Part shown: one piece after another, positions 27,298 to 41,562 of the stretch | Layout: each line of letters starts with the position of its first letter | Numbering within the stretch: position 1 is the stretch's first letter | Origin: Epiperipatus broadwayi | Lineage: Eukaryota; Animalia; Onychophora | Assembly (NCBI GenBank): GCA_028023455.1 | Contig: JAQFVV010000009.1 | Location: forward strand, 1,054,001-1,118,000 | Length of the DNA stretch: 64,000 nucleotides | Reading direction: 5' to 3' | The notes under the pieces: model-generated | What the model was told of the DNA's origin: nothing | What the model saw: only the letters and a program-made list of their open reading frames with translations | Database searches by the model: none | Position numbers and translations under genes: made by a program

Positions 27298-30200
27298 CAT
27301 CTCTTCATATACACTTTAATGCAATCCTTTTTTATATAATTCAAAATAAAGAAGGAATTATATAAAAAAAGATTGCTTTTAATAAATGTTGGAAAAAAAT
27401 TTAAATCTTATTTAGTTCAAATTTAATTTTAAAAAAAAGTGTTGAATGCTATTGAAATAATTATCACATTTTCACACAAATTCAGGTAATAGTAAAACAA
27501 ATGCATGTCCATGAATATTTATAATAATGACTTAGCAATTGAAATCATACACAAACAGAAACCCAGTACATTTTCAGTACAAGCCAGTTTGATATAATCT
27601 GTTTATAGTTTCTTAACACATATAAAAAATATTAAAATCAAAACAATAAAATAATATTTTATCTGATATTATTATTCTAGGCAACTTATCAATTCCATGA
27701 ACAAATGTCACTAATGGAGATAAGAATTTAGTATCATTATAATATAAAAAATAATATTGGCTTTCATCAAAAATACAGACAAAAAATAGTATTGAGATTC
27801 TATTTTGTTAATTATCATACATGGAATGCCAATGGAAGTATTTTTTGTAATTGTTATAATATGATCAATGCAGGATGTCCATTGAAGAACTAATTCGAAT
27901 AAAGAATAATTACATACTTTTGGTGAAAACTGTTTATTAAAAAAATTGGTGAAAAATTGATATTCTTAAATATTAAATTGAACTTCTAAAAGAATATAAA
28001 GCTTCAAGTTATACTTATAAATTTTAAGCATCTCTTTTTTCATGACTATTTGGAAAAAGTGCCAAAATTCATTGGGTGTGACCTATTAAAAAATTACGTA
28101 TTGATAAAGAAATAAACAGATCTAATCTCATAGTGAAAAGAATGTTAGTTAAATATTTTACAATGTACTATTTTAGCAGAATAACAAGATAAATAATGAG
28201 ATATGTATTAATGTGCAAAAGCAGTGAAACTCTTTCTACTTTCACAAAAATGCTTTCATTGTTCTTATCTTTATTGTCTAAACTCTATTAATATGTTTAA
28301 AAGTTTGTTATAATCAAAGTGGCATTAATCTTACTTAAATTCTTAAGGAAAGATGAAGGACATGTAAGTTTAAAATGTACATTATATGAGATCTGCTGAG
28401 TAATAATACCTGCAGCAGATCAGAGAAAAATTATTATCAAAATGATACATGATGAGTTACAAAAATGTTATCCTGCCACAATTCAACATGATTTTTTTAT
28501 ATATGTGTTAGAAAAATGCCTTCAGTTGTAATATGAAGTTTGAAGTCTCTATATATGCAATAACTAGGTTTGATAATGTCACCAAAAGTCTTTTTTTTAT
28601 TTTCAGACACAATATTTGGCATATCTTGATTTTATTGAGGAAGCTTATTAACCATAATTTGCAAATGAACGAAAGCAAAAAATATCTGATATATGTTACT
28701 GTTGAAAAACTAAACTTATACAAATGGAATCATCTGTTGTACTTATATGCAAAAATCAACTTTGTTTTAAACTTAGATAATGGTTTAATTATAAAATAGA
28801 CCGTGGAAACACTTCATTGATAAGTGAATTAATGAATTTGTTATTAATGTAATATGCACATATTGAAAATTCTGAATTTACATTATTGAAAAATTTGCAT
28901 TCATCTGAAATCTAAGAACCAACCAATCTTACTTTTCCTTTTGTTCTTCATTGTAACCAATGCTGATAAAATTTCTGTCAAACTTAGTTTGTGTTAGAAA
29001 ATATCTCTTTGTAGGATTTTTAAAAAAAGAAGTAATTAATTGCATGATAAAATATTTCTTTTTTTTTTATATTAATTTTGACAAAAAAGTGAATTTATCA
29101 AATATTGTGCTATGGCAAAGGAATTTCATTAATATGATATATTCATTTGCATCTAAATAACAACTACAACTTTATATATTCTAACCAATTAAAACAAAAG
29201 CCTTTTTAAACTAAAATTAAATGAAATGTTTAATTTTCTTTGTGCGACCGCGTTACAAGCCAATTCTAACAAATTAAAAGAAAGGCCTTTACTTCGTTAA
29301 TTTTATAAAGAATTTAAATTGACATAAAACGTATTTTGTAACCTTTCGATCGGTCATCCACATTGTATTTCAAATATAACTAAAACGATTGGGAGAGTTT
29401 ACAAATATCACATATATCATCGGACAGTTTTAAGCTAATTATAACTTTATTCTAACATGAGAATTTTTATTCAAATGGTCGCACATCCATGTTATGGGTT
29501 AATTGTACTATTTCTTTATTTCAGCTTGGGCGACCACACTATGCATTAATTATAACCTATATTTAAATCTATATAGCATTTAAACACTTGCAGCTAAATT
29601 ATATGCCAATTGTAACATTTTAAGGATGGATCGGTGGATGCTTCATCATTCCCAGCTAACACCATTTCTAAAGCCTACTGGGATGATGATGATGGTACAG
29701 AGCATCTATAATGTTAATTGCCAGGGCGCCAAATTGCAACTTTAATAAAATATAAAGGTTAAATCTCATTTCAATAACTTTCAGTAATAATATTTAATGA
29801 ATGGGTTAATAAATAATCAATCGATTAAGAGAACACTGAGAATGCATTAAAATTGATAATATTAATATCTTTGGAAATTCTTGGTTATTCTCAGCACACT
29901 CCCCATTCACCATTATTAAAGCTACAATTAAAATTTTGTTCCAATTACAAAGTTCTATATGCATCTCCACCTTCCTGATCCACCCCTCCATCAACCTCAC
30001 ATCCATAGGTATATTACACTATTATCTCTTTTACTTATTAAATTTTCTATTATGCTAGCTCATTTCTCCCATTACAATCTCTTCTCAGGGTTTTAAAACA
30101 ATTAGGTGTGGAAATCGAATAAGCTGCGATAGATTATTGGAGATAAACACTCCTCTCATGATCACCTCCGAGGTGATCTTGGTTGTCTTTAATGCAGTTT

Positions 30201-33200
30201 AATATTTATTTACATTAAAGCTCGGAATAATTTAAGCTTATTAAATCTTTCAGAAATACATTATAAACATAGTCACAATTATAACAAAATTATAAAGAAG
30301 TGCGTCTAGAGAGTTGTTTGAATACAACGGATGGGGAAAGGATTTTATGCCCACCCCTGCATTCACTATCACTCAATAACCATCCCCATTCATAATTTAT
30401 ATTTCAACTATATTAAATTATTTGGTAATTCTAAGTATCGGAAATTAACCATTTTAAATAATTTTACAGGATATTATTTACTAAAATGTTGATTCAAATA
30501 TTAATAATAATATATTGATGCATGATTGGATTGGAGATGTCTAGATAATACTAATCCACAAAAACATTGAGACACGCAAATTTTATTTAAAACAAATAAC
30601 AAATTTTATTGACATTCTACAATTCATTACAGAATATACACATTCGCTTGATGACTTGCTTGGCTTTCCCCTGTTTTACAATCGTATTATGATATATATA
30701 AAAAAAATCTAAACACATAACTATCCTTAAATCAATGGATAATATCAATAGGTTTAAAATATCAATATTCATTTCCTAATCATCAGGGAATCGCGATTAC
30801 CATAGAGTAAATAATAAAAAATATTATTTACTTTCACATATATTATGTTTACGCTTTCATTTTTATCCTAGATACAGCGAATACCAAATTTCTTCCCGTG
30901 TTTAATGCTTTTAAATTACTGATTTGTTTTGAGAGCTAATTTTTCCCATAATAAAATTTAATAATTTTATTTAACTATTTAAATTAACTTTGCAAATTTA
31001 CCAATTTTATTTCATCATTTTGATCTAACATTCTTTTGCCCTAATCTTTACAATAGAGATACTTTATGTATGATGGGATTAAGTTAATGCAAACAAATCG
31101 ATATCCAGATCATTCATCATCATACGTGCACATACCCTATATTCATGTTCTTATAACCATAATAATGTTTTAATAATCCTGCCTTTCCAGCGAAGTTCTC
31201 AGCTGGCTGTGGAAATATTTATTAGATAATTTCATATACGCAATGCTTACACTTAAACATTCGTAGGTTTTATTTAACCCTTAATTTAACATTTATTAAC
31301 TTTATTACTCTTGGCTCTAATTGATAAATCAAACTAGATCAACAAAACAATATTCAAGTACATCAATCACACATACATTATCTGCATTCATCCTGACATC
31401 AAATTGAGTTTGCGATCTTGTATCCGACATTTATAAATAATGCTTATAATAGCTATCTTTCATACACCCATAAGGAATATCAAACATTAACGTGAGGCAG
31501 GCAGTGACCCGAATAAGAGAAAACCTTTTCACTAAGGTTGAGATATGCTAGGATTTTTATCGCTAGTCATATAAAGAGACTTAGGTGTACTTATTACCTC
31601 TGGCCATCAATAAAGAAATCTTACGGTGTAGAGAATAATCAAGTGGGAAAACTCTTCCACTGTGTTTAAATACTTTATAAATATAGCATAAATATCTTAG
31701 TGAGCTATGGCTTCACTGGCTTAGTGGAGACTATTTGTCCATCCGCACTATATACAGACCAAAACATCAACTTCTACAAGTAAAACTTTCATATCTACAA
31801 TATTCTTGTGAGTTAGTGCACCGGAATATGAGCCAACAATTTTTCCAAGCATTAATCAGCTTGTCTCTGGCCTTAACTTTATGATAATAATAAGAAGAAA
31901 TTTTTAAAACTATTTCCCTGCACTTTTATAAGATAATGATGTTTTAGCTCAACAGCCACACAATTTTATAAACATAGCAATAAGTCTAAGCATTTGACAA
32001 TAACTTCTGATACGATTCATTCAAAACATTTCTCTTAATAATAATATCTCGGGTTTTTTTTTTTTTTAAATGTTTGTAAAGCATTTAAAATAAGGCACAT
32101 ACAGAATGACATGATATTTTTAACCTACCCCCAAAATGATAATAATAGCAAAAGCATTTTAAATAAATACCTACAAAATGTCTGTCATCAATATCTCTAC
32201 CCCCAAAATAGCAACACTTATAATTCTGACATGAATTAAATTTAAATGGATATATATGAGAAAACATAAAGAAAGAAATTATTTTTCTTTTTTTTTTTTT
32301 TTTTCTAGATTAAATGTTCTACATGAATAGTGAATAAAAAAAATAAAAAAATATATACTTAAAAAGTTCTTTGGAAATGTCCTTCAAGTTTCTGATTTCC
32401 ATTTTTCCTTTTCTTCCTTGATTTGTTTATATGAGCACATGAGTTTATGTAGACAAAGTTCTTGTGATAAAGTTCTCCTATGCCATCAGATATACAAATT
32501 CTATGCTGCTGAAACGATTTCCTCATTTTTGATTTTATGTAGATTACAGCCGAACAAAATTTGTATAAACTTCTAAAGATATAAGTCCACTTCTGGTTGT
32601 CCTTTCCTCTTTATTAAATTCATTTAATATTCAATTGAACGCTTTATATACGAAATCAAATTTAGAGTTTATTTTCTGTGGTTTAAATTTTACCATTTGC
32701 CAATTTGCCATCAATTAGTGCTAGACAATCGTGACCATTGATCAACTTCAGGAGATTAAATGTGTACCCACTTAAAAACTTATTCTAGAGACATTTTCTT
32801 TTCTTCTTATGATATTAAATTTGGCAAAGTTATCTTAAGAGACAAACGAATAATTTACAATAAACAATTTTTTTTTCTTAAAAGAAATGTTTCTTTTGAA
32901 CTTTATAGTAAAGTTTCTCTATATAATCGATGAGAGATAAACTTGCAAAAGAAATTCAGATAAACTAGCCCCCTTTCACAAAAATAGCAAAGCTTTTTAT
33001 AGCATCTGCTTTTTTGCTCTCCCCCAATATGACCTTTTAATTGACCTTTCAAAATGTCTGGTCAGTGTTTGTTTTCTTAATTAATTGACTCTTGTTTCTT
33101 TTTCATTCTGGTTATTTTAACCTTTTGCTCTTTTTGAAAAACCATGCCAAATTCACATCTGCATTCTAACAGATAATCACCAATTAATTTTACACTTAAC

Positions 33201-34115
33201 AGATAATCACCAATTAATTCTATATTTAAATTCCTTTATCAGATATATATCTCTTAAATTACTCTGATAATTTACTTGGGTAACTTTACACCGTGGAAAC
33301 CACATTAAAGAACAAAAGACAGAAAGCTCTCTCTTCAGAACAAATAACAGAAAGCTCTCTCCCCCCTTTTTACTTTTTCCATAAAAAAATATATATCAGC
33401 CCAGCTTCAAACCCAGAATTTTGAACTAAATTTTGGCTGCGAATAATCAAACTATTAAAAATTACTTAATTTCTTTTTTAAAGATTTCCCTACAAGTGAT
33501 GACAAGGAATACTTATTATTTGATTGTGAACTTTATAATTAAAATCCACAATTAGATTAAATACACACACACTGTCGCACATATACAGTTCTTATATTAA
33601 AACCGATTTAATATTTTAATCCTTAATTATTATAACTATTATTTTTTTTTTTTATAATTTAATCTCATGAATTATTTATTTCTAACTTATTAGTATAAAA
33701 TTATGACCATCCATTATCACTATCTAACGTTGTTTTATGAGTGGCACACCCCTCCTTTGCACTCAACTTATTAAACGATGTATAAATCTTGCTTTTCTAA
33801 AAATATATCTTTTAATACCAAATTGATCCATAAATTATTGTTAAGTAAAACAATCTTTTGGTTAGAAATTTTTTAATGACAACTGTTCAGATTGCCTACA
33901 AAATAAAACATACGCAATCCTTATGAATATGGGTTCAAACCTAGCTTGGCTAAAAATTTTGTTTATTAAAGAAAAAAAATATACAAACTATGAGGAAAAT
34001 TTTATATTAAACCTTATTTTGCATAGTTAACTCAAAACATGGAGTCTTGGGCAAATCCAAGGGCTACAATATATATAAACAATAAAAGCATAAAGCTAAA
34101 CTAGTCAATAAATAA

Positions 34116-35831
34116 TCAAAATTACCCCAAATTCACAACTCAACCAGACTAGCCAAGAAAATAAACTCTAAAACACTACCAATGGTTTCATTGCTAAAAT
34201 AGACTTCTCAAATGTAAAGAACTACAAAATAACAACATACTTAAACTAAATATCATCCACAATTCCACTTATCTTCCATACTCCCTTAACATTAAAAGAA
34301 CTTTTAAATAAACTAATTGCTTCAGAATCATAAATTTTCAATAATAAAGATTCTTTAATTCTTCTTTTTATTTCATTTCTCTCAAAGAAGACAACCTTAG
34401 CTTCACCCAAATTAATAGTGTGGTCTATATCTTTTTCATGGATATATAAAGCAGAACTAAGATATTTATTTCTAACCTACTTTTATATACCTTTATTCTT
34501 TCATTTAAGCTCGAACTACTCTGAGCTATACATAATAAACAAGGGATAATATATACTATTCCAGGAATTATCTTTCTATCAAAAATGTCCTTTGTAATAT
34601 TTAATAAATTATTCAAAGTAATATCCCTTTTAAAAGAAATGTTCTTATTTCCAAACAAATTACTATTTTTACATACAATTTTATAAAAAGACAATTTAAA
34701 TGGCAAAGAAATAAAATCATATTTTTCTTTATCCTTTACATCATTACAAATATTATTATTATTAAATAAAATACTTTTAATAAATTTATCAGAGTAGCCA
34801 ACATTCAAATAATCTTTATAAAATTGACCTTTTTGAAACAAAGCTACCCCACTAGAACTATTTAATCTTTTATTTCTATAACAATAATTTTGTAAAGCAG
34901 CTACTTTATGAGATATAGATTGATAGCTATAAGGTTTAATTATAGACCTTTACATTTAACATTCCTTATTCATTATGTTAAGAATAAAGAGTTAAGGTTT
35001 ATAATTAAACCTGATAGCTATCAATCTGTATCTCATAAAATAGCTGCTTTAAGAAATTATTGTTATAGAAATAAGAGATAAAATAATTATAGTGGGTATC
35101 TTTGTTTCAAAAAGGTCAATTTTACAAAGATTATTTGAGTGTTGGCTACTCTGATAAATTTGCTAAAAGTATTTTATTTAATAGTAATAATATTTAATAA
35201 TGATGTAAATGATAAAGAAAAATATGATTTTATTTCCTTGCCATTTAAATTGTCTTCTTATAAAATTGTATCTAAAAATAGTAATTTGTTTGGAAATAAG
35301 AAAATTGCTTGGCAAAGGACTATTTGAATAATTTATTAAATAATACAAAGGAAATTTTTAATAGAAAGACTATTCCTAGAGTAGTCTACATTATCCCTTG
35401 TTTTTGTAAGAGGTATATATAGATCAAAGTAGTTTGAGCTTAAATGAAAGAATAAAGGTACATAAAAGTAGGATTAGAAATAAATATATCTTATTTCTGT
35501 TTTATATATCCGTGAAAAGGATACAGGCCACGCTATTAATTTTGGTGAAGCTAGGATTGTCTTTTGAGAGAAATGAAATAAAAAGAATTAAAGAATCTTT
35601 ATTATCAAAAATTTATGATTCTGAAGTAATTAACTTATTTAAAAGTTCTTTTAATATTAAGGGTGTATGGAAGGTAAGTGGAATTGTGGGTGATGTTTAG
35701 TTTAAATATGTTGTTATTTTATAGTTCTTTACACTTGAGAAGTCTTCTTGTAGCAGTGAAACCATTGGTAGTACTTTAGAGTTTATTTTCTTGGCTAGAC
35801 TGGTTGAGTTGTGAATCTGGGGTAATTTTGA
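34116..35831. mobile_element. Penelope-like element remnant arranged as a 1.7-kb palindrome (two 5'-truncated copies head to head)
   Basis: Arms 34116..34971 (-) and 34982..35831 (+) are reverse complements, about 85% identical by eye. ORFs give PGIVYIIPCLLC, SLNERIKVHKSRIR and RNEIKRIKESLL...IN...W, typical of the PLE GIY-YIG endonuclease region. Confidence 0.85.
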
Positions 35832-36659
35832 CAAATATATATACATATGTATGCTTCATTGAAATATAAGAAAAATTTTAATGCAAATTTATTGATAGTA
35901 AAATATAAATGTAGGTTGAATTTATATCCAGGAATCCTTAGCTTTTGAGTGTATCATTACTAATTCATTAACTCTAACCAAACATTAATAGTAAAGGGCC
36001 TTTAGGTAAATGACATGAAATAAACAGTCATTAAAATATTTAAAAAAGATTATCCACTTAATGAATTTCATATTCAACACAGATCATTAGTATAGCATTT
36101 AATTTTTATACACTATATCATCATAAATTAATAAGTAGTTAAAGAAGTAGGAATCTTAGGTACTGTTAATAACAGATCATCATAGATTGTATTCACTTTT
36201 CAGATATCATCACCCTCTTTCTCTAGGTCAATATTGCAAAGAAGTATGATTATCCTAATTCTAGAAAATAAAAACAAAAGTGGAAGATAATAAATAAAAA
36301 GTAGAAGATGAGTTTGCAGTGATTTCATCAAACAATTTGGAAACATAAATACATCACATATATTACATCTTGATTCTTTAGTACTTTTATTTTACATTTC
36401 TTATGCAGCATTTTTTCCTTTTTAAAAATACTTCCAAAATCTTGCCTAATTATTCATTATATTTTGAAAATTCTACTCTCAACCATATTTTATCAATGAA
36501 AGCAATTGATATTGCATTTTTTAGCATGATAGAATTCTCAAAATAATATAAATGGGGTCTGCCACTTCCATAAAAATTCCTCAAATTTATCAAGTATTTT
36601 TTTATAAAGTTTTCTTTATTCTCTTCAAATAATTGGTCCATTGAAACCATGCTCTAAAC

Positions 36660-37134
36660 CAGGGATGGGCAATTGTTTTGGCTCGGGGGCCACAGAGGTT
36701 GGCGGAGGGCCGCTTTGGGGGCCACTTTGTGGAAGTGAAGGTTAGCAGAGGGCTGCACCTTTTTTATGACCCAATAAACACACTGCTTTATTCCCTGTAT
36801 TACCAAAGAAATATTTGTTTGTCCATTCTTCATTAAACACAGGACATTCATCACCGATTTTACATTTTTTCGGAGGGTTCATGGTTTCACTAAAGTTGGA
36901 AATGTATATATTTGCTAATGCAAAGACAAAATTGAAAGTAACCAGATAAACTGGAAAAGCACTGCACATCATATCTACACTGCGCATGTGTATTGACGTG
37001 GCCATCATAGTGGAAAATACGAGATGAATCTTCAGTCACACACGGAAAGGAAATCTCACTTTAAGGCGGATTTTTCTGATTGTCTTGGAGGGCCATATAA
37101 AAACTCTTAGCGGGCCGCTATTTGCCCACCCCTG
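36660..37134 (-). mobile_element. Non-autonomous hAT element (475 bp, Buster/SPIN type)
   Basis: TIRs CAGGGATGGGCAA / TTGCCCACCCCTG (12/13) and a perfect 8-bp TSD CTCTAAAC (36652-59, 37135-42). It retains a transposase start: MNPPKKCKIGDECPVFNEEWTNKYFF..KAVCLL. Confidence 0.93.
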
Positions 37135-37559
37135 CTCTAAACTGTACATTCATTATCAGTATACTCAGTGTGTTAAAAAATATGCTGATAATTTTTGTGG
37201 TTTTAGTATTATACTTTTAGAATATTGATGGACATTTTTAATGAAATTTGGAAGAATTTCACCACTATATATAAATAATTAATTTAATTGAAGTAATTCT
37301 ATCATGAAATTTTCTGTTTTCTATCAAGATATTTAGACTGATTTACATTGTTAAGCTGATTTTGAAGATTTTTCTTTTTTTGCTAGTTGATAAAATACCA
37401 TGGGTTTTGAATATCAATTACTATAGCAAATTCTTTATAAATTGCATTCAAAACTTTAAGAATATTTTGTATAATATTTTTGAATTTATAAAAATAGCAG
37501 AATCATCAGCATGTTATAAATCTGGGAGTTAATAGTTTTTAATCAATTCAAATTAAAAA

Positions 37560-38000
37560 CTTTTAGGATGGCTGCTTAAAAACGGTTCTAAAACCGCTAT
37601 CATAAAACATTGGAATTAATCCACATTCTGTTGAACACTAATTTATTTCAAATATCTCAGAATGCTTACCACCAGTGATAACGTCCTCTCATGCTATCAT
37701 ACAACAACTGCATAATAGAAATAAAAGTCATGGACATATTGCCACAAATTATTTGGATTGACTAAGTCAAATGTCTCAACCGAATCCATGAAAGCAATAT
37801 TATTTAAATTATATCTTTATTAATAATTTTTTTTTTTTGCATTTGTCTGGCAACATATACCACCACATCTGGTAATATTTCTTGATTTTGTAAAACTACA
37901 TTGACTTTTATAATCATTTATTTATGATTGGAAGTCACTCATAACATCTTTGAAAGTACATTTGCTGTTATATATAATAATATTTTTTAATAACTTATTG
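37560..38000 (-). mobile_element. Decayed RT of a second RTE (BovB-like) LINE
   Basis: The minus strand gives DVVVYVARQMQK, AFMDSVETFDLVNPNNLWQY and LLYDSMRG, which match RT motifs ARQLQEK and F.D..KAFD.V.R..LW. Limits are approximate. Confidence 0.65.
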
Positions 38001-39289
38001 CAATTTTTTAGCTTCTTTATAAATGGAAGCAATAATAATAATCTTGAGATTAGGTAGTATAACTCATGGACCCATATTTTCTTTTTAAAATTCTAATATT
38101 GTTGAAGCTATCAAAAACATTGGGACCAGCTCCAACCTTTCTAATTTTAACATATCTAAAAACAGTTTTAATTTCATCAAGATGATTATTTGTTCAACTC
38201 TGAGTCACTTGAATAGCTATATCATTAAATATAATTATTTGAATTCTTGTATCACTATTCAAAAGATGATCAAAACACTACCTCCATATTTAAAATATCA
38301 ATATATGAAAATGTGTCATCCAATAATGATTTAATACAATCATGATATTGTTTTCAAATTCATATATTACCATGTCAAAGAAAGATCCACAGTGACTGCG
38401 ATCAACAAATGTTTGTATCTGTCTTTCAATTTTAATCAGCATTTTATGTCACTTGTTGAATTCTTGCTTTTAAATATATCTTGCTTATGAAATTCCTTAT
38501 TTATTTTATTATTCAACCAAGGAGAGAATTTTACTTATTTTGTTTTAAAATCATAGAACTAATCAGAATTGTTTTTTTATTGATCACAAAATCAGATTTA
38601 TTAAATAAAAATGTTTATATATATATTGTTTATGATGAATTTTAATTATTTAAAATTTCTCATCAAAATAATGTGTTTGCATTACTTAATAGTTTTCACG
38701 CATATAGTTTTTATTTAATTATACAGCAGGTTTTATCTTTTACTCTGACTTCTTTAATTAAATAATATCTTTGAGTAAAAACATGAATTCAATTGTCCAT
38801 AGTCAAATTTACATAAGTTATTTTAATACATTATTTTGATATAGTCAGATAATCTTTTATTAAATTAAATATTTACTCTATTTCAATGAGGTTTTTTTTA
38901 TCTATATTATATATATTGTTATTAGTCATATTATTGTCTTTATAATAACAGAAAATTATTTTTCTCTAATTAGCCAAATGAAATGGTTATCAGCACAGAA
39001 TATATTACTAATAAACTTATTAATATATTAATAACATGAATTATTAAAAAAAAACTATTGTATATTATTATAAGTGTTTGATGAAGATATAAGGGCATAA
39101 AAAAATCACAATATTAAGTATTAAACATAATACAAAATATAGCATAATTATTTTGGCAGTTTGATTACAGAAATGGATTACTGGCAAAGATCTACAGGAA
39201 AGTTGAGGAGAGAATAGAAAAGTAATAAAACAAGATAATTGGAAATGTATAGTCTTAGAAAAGAATACAGAAACAAATGTTAAATTGCT

Positions 39290-39414
39290 TACCACCAGAA
39301 AGGGACAAGGGGGATATCCAAAAGAAGCTGGAAAGATGAAATAGATAGAAAAAAACTTGAAGAAAGATTTATGGACTGATAGAGAGAGGTGACTAAGAAT
39401 CTAAAAATATAGAG
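39290..39414 (+). mobile_element. LINE 3'-end fragment split by the hAT insertion (continues at 41563..41590)
   Basis: RGxPKRSWKDEIDR...LWTDRE-like coding remnant on the left. catagagcataccgataataagaagaa (an A/G-rich tail) resumes after the hAT. Confidence 0.5.
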
Positions 39415-41562
39415 CAGGCATGGCCAACATATGGCCCGGATCCAGCCTGCATAATGAGTTTATGCAGCCCGCGATTAAATTTTTAATATTCTCCACACAA
39501 CGCACTGTGGAAATGAAATAAGTGGTACTTTTAAATCGTTTTATATAAACTACGATATCTAACCATTGTACAACAATGAAGATTAAAATCTCAGCTACTG
39601 AGAAGCAGAAGCGTCTTTGATTATTGGAAATCGAGATATTTAAGAAGATAGTGATATGCAGAAAAGAATTCCACATGTGACTAATCTAGGGTTAACTTCC
39701 AATAATTGGTCAAATGGATTCGCGATACTTCTTTATATTTTAAAAAAATTCCATTATAAAGATTTACAACTTTTATACTTGTCCTATACTCAATATGAAC
39801 TGTTTGACATTTAGCGGTGGATGTGAAACCCACATTCTTGTAGGCAGAGTTTGCCAGTGCACACCCAAGGTCAAGCAATTCATTATTTTTGTGGTCAAGT
39901 GTGCGGAATTAAGTGGCATTGTAGCATAGAGACTGTTTGTAAAATGAAGTAATTGTTTTATTTGCGATATAAAACCCCTTCAAGCTCATTCTATTAATTA
40001 AATTTTGATTGAATGTGATACAGTTTGGATATTTATGTGGTATGTAATTATATTTTTATTATTGTATATTAAAAAATTTTTTCACTCTAGGGATGACTTC
40101 CAAAAAACGAAAAATTGATCTTGAATGCCGTATATTTAATGATGAATGGGAGTGGAAATATTTTTTTACTATATACAATAATAAGGCAGTTTGTTTTATT
40201 TGCAATTCGAGTGTTGCTGTTTTAAAAGAATACAACTTGAGAAGACATTTTGAAACTAAACCCACAAAATTTAAATGAAGAAAGCCAAAAAGCAAGCCGC
40301 AGATCTTTGTAGTAAAATTGACCCGGCAACAAAATGTATTTACACAGCAAAATCGATTACAAGAATCTGCTACTGAAGCAAGTTTTCTAGTAGCAAAACG
40401 GATTGCTAAATGTGGAAACCCTTTTGCTGGAGAAGAATTTGTAAAAAAATGCATGTTGGATGTTTGTGATATAATGTGTCCAGAAGTTAAACATAAAATT
40501 AAAAATATAAGCCTGTCTCGGCAAACTATTGCCCGAAGAATAGAAGATATGAATGCTAATTTAAATGATCAGTTACTTAATAATTTAGAATTGGCCCATT
40601 TTTATGCAATAGCTCTTGACGAAAGTTGCGATGTAAAGGATACTATTCAGTTATTAATTTTTATCAGAGCTATCACTGAAAATTTTCAAATTTTGGAAAA
40701 ACTTTTGTCAATTGTTCTTATGAAAGACACAACAAAGGGAGATCTTTTCTGAGAGGTTGAAAAATGCTTTTTAAATACAGTATTGACTGGAAAAAATACA
40801 AAGGTTAAAATCTTTTCAAATGAAGCTTAGTCTTTTTTCTAGAAATCTTGCTGAATGCTAATTTGATCATTTTCCAACATTTGAGACCGTATCATTAAAT
40901 ATTTCAAGAGAAAAGGTTCAAGAATTTAATAACAATATCCTTGCACTAATGACAGATTTTGATTGCTTCCAGAAAATTGATGATAAAATTTTATCTATTA
41001 TCTGAAATCCATTTTCTGTACATGTAGATGACATTCCTATTGATATACAATTATGTATAATTAATTTACAATGTGGTGAATTATTACATGAGAAATATCA
41101 AGAAGAGCAAGAAAATTTGTGCAATTTTTATAAGCAATTGAATGATGGACAATATGGAAATTTAAAAAAACTTGCCAAGGAATATTTAGTAATCTTCAGC
41201 TCAACTTATATTTGTGAACAAACTTTTTCTTTAATGAATCTAAATAAAAGTACAACAAGATCAAGATTGAATGATTTACATTTAGAGGCTGTGTTAAGAA
41301 TAGCTACTACAAGTATAGAGCCAGATATTAAAAAAATAATAAGTGATGCAAAGCGCCTCAACACGTCATATTAGTTTTTTTTTGTTAATTTGTTGTACTA
41401 AATTACTTAAATTTATTCATAAACAAATTACATAATAAAATTTTGTTTACTTAAACGAATCGTTTTTCTATTTAACATTTTTTAATTTTAATATTTCGTC
41501 CAGCCCATGAAAAAAGTTTTCTTTCTAATCTGGCCCATGGGCAAAACTATTGGCCATGCCTG
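39415..41562 (+). mobile_element. Defective hAT transposon (Buster/SPIN, GTF2IRD2-like transposase), 2148 bp
   Basis: Perfect 13-bp TIRs CAGGCATGGCCAA / TTGGCCATGCCTG and a degenerate 8-bp TSD ATATAGAG/TCATAGAG. Broken ORFs 40093..40278 (BED-like KAVCFIC..NLRRHF), 40318..40752 (ALDESCDV) and 41117..41374 (FSSTYICEQTFS..RSRL dimerisation motif). Internally deleted. Confidence 0.93.

Noticed and set aside
28800-33300. 11-bp direct repeat accgtggaaac as a possible TSD of a 4.5-kb insertion
   Set aside because: No TIRs or tail inside, and 11-mer matches are expected by chance in 64 kb.
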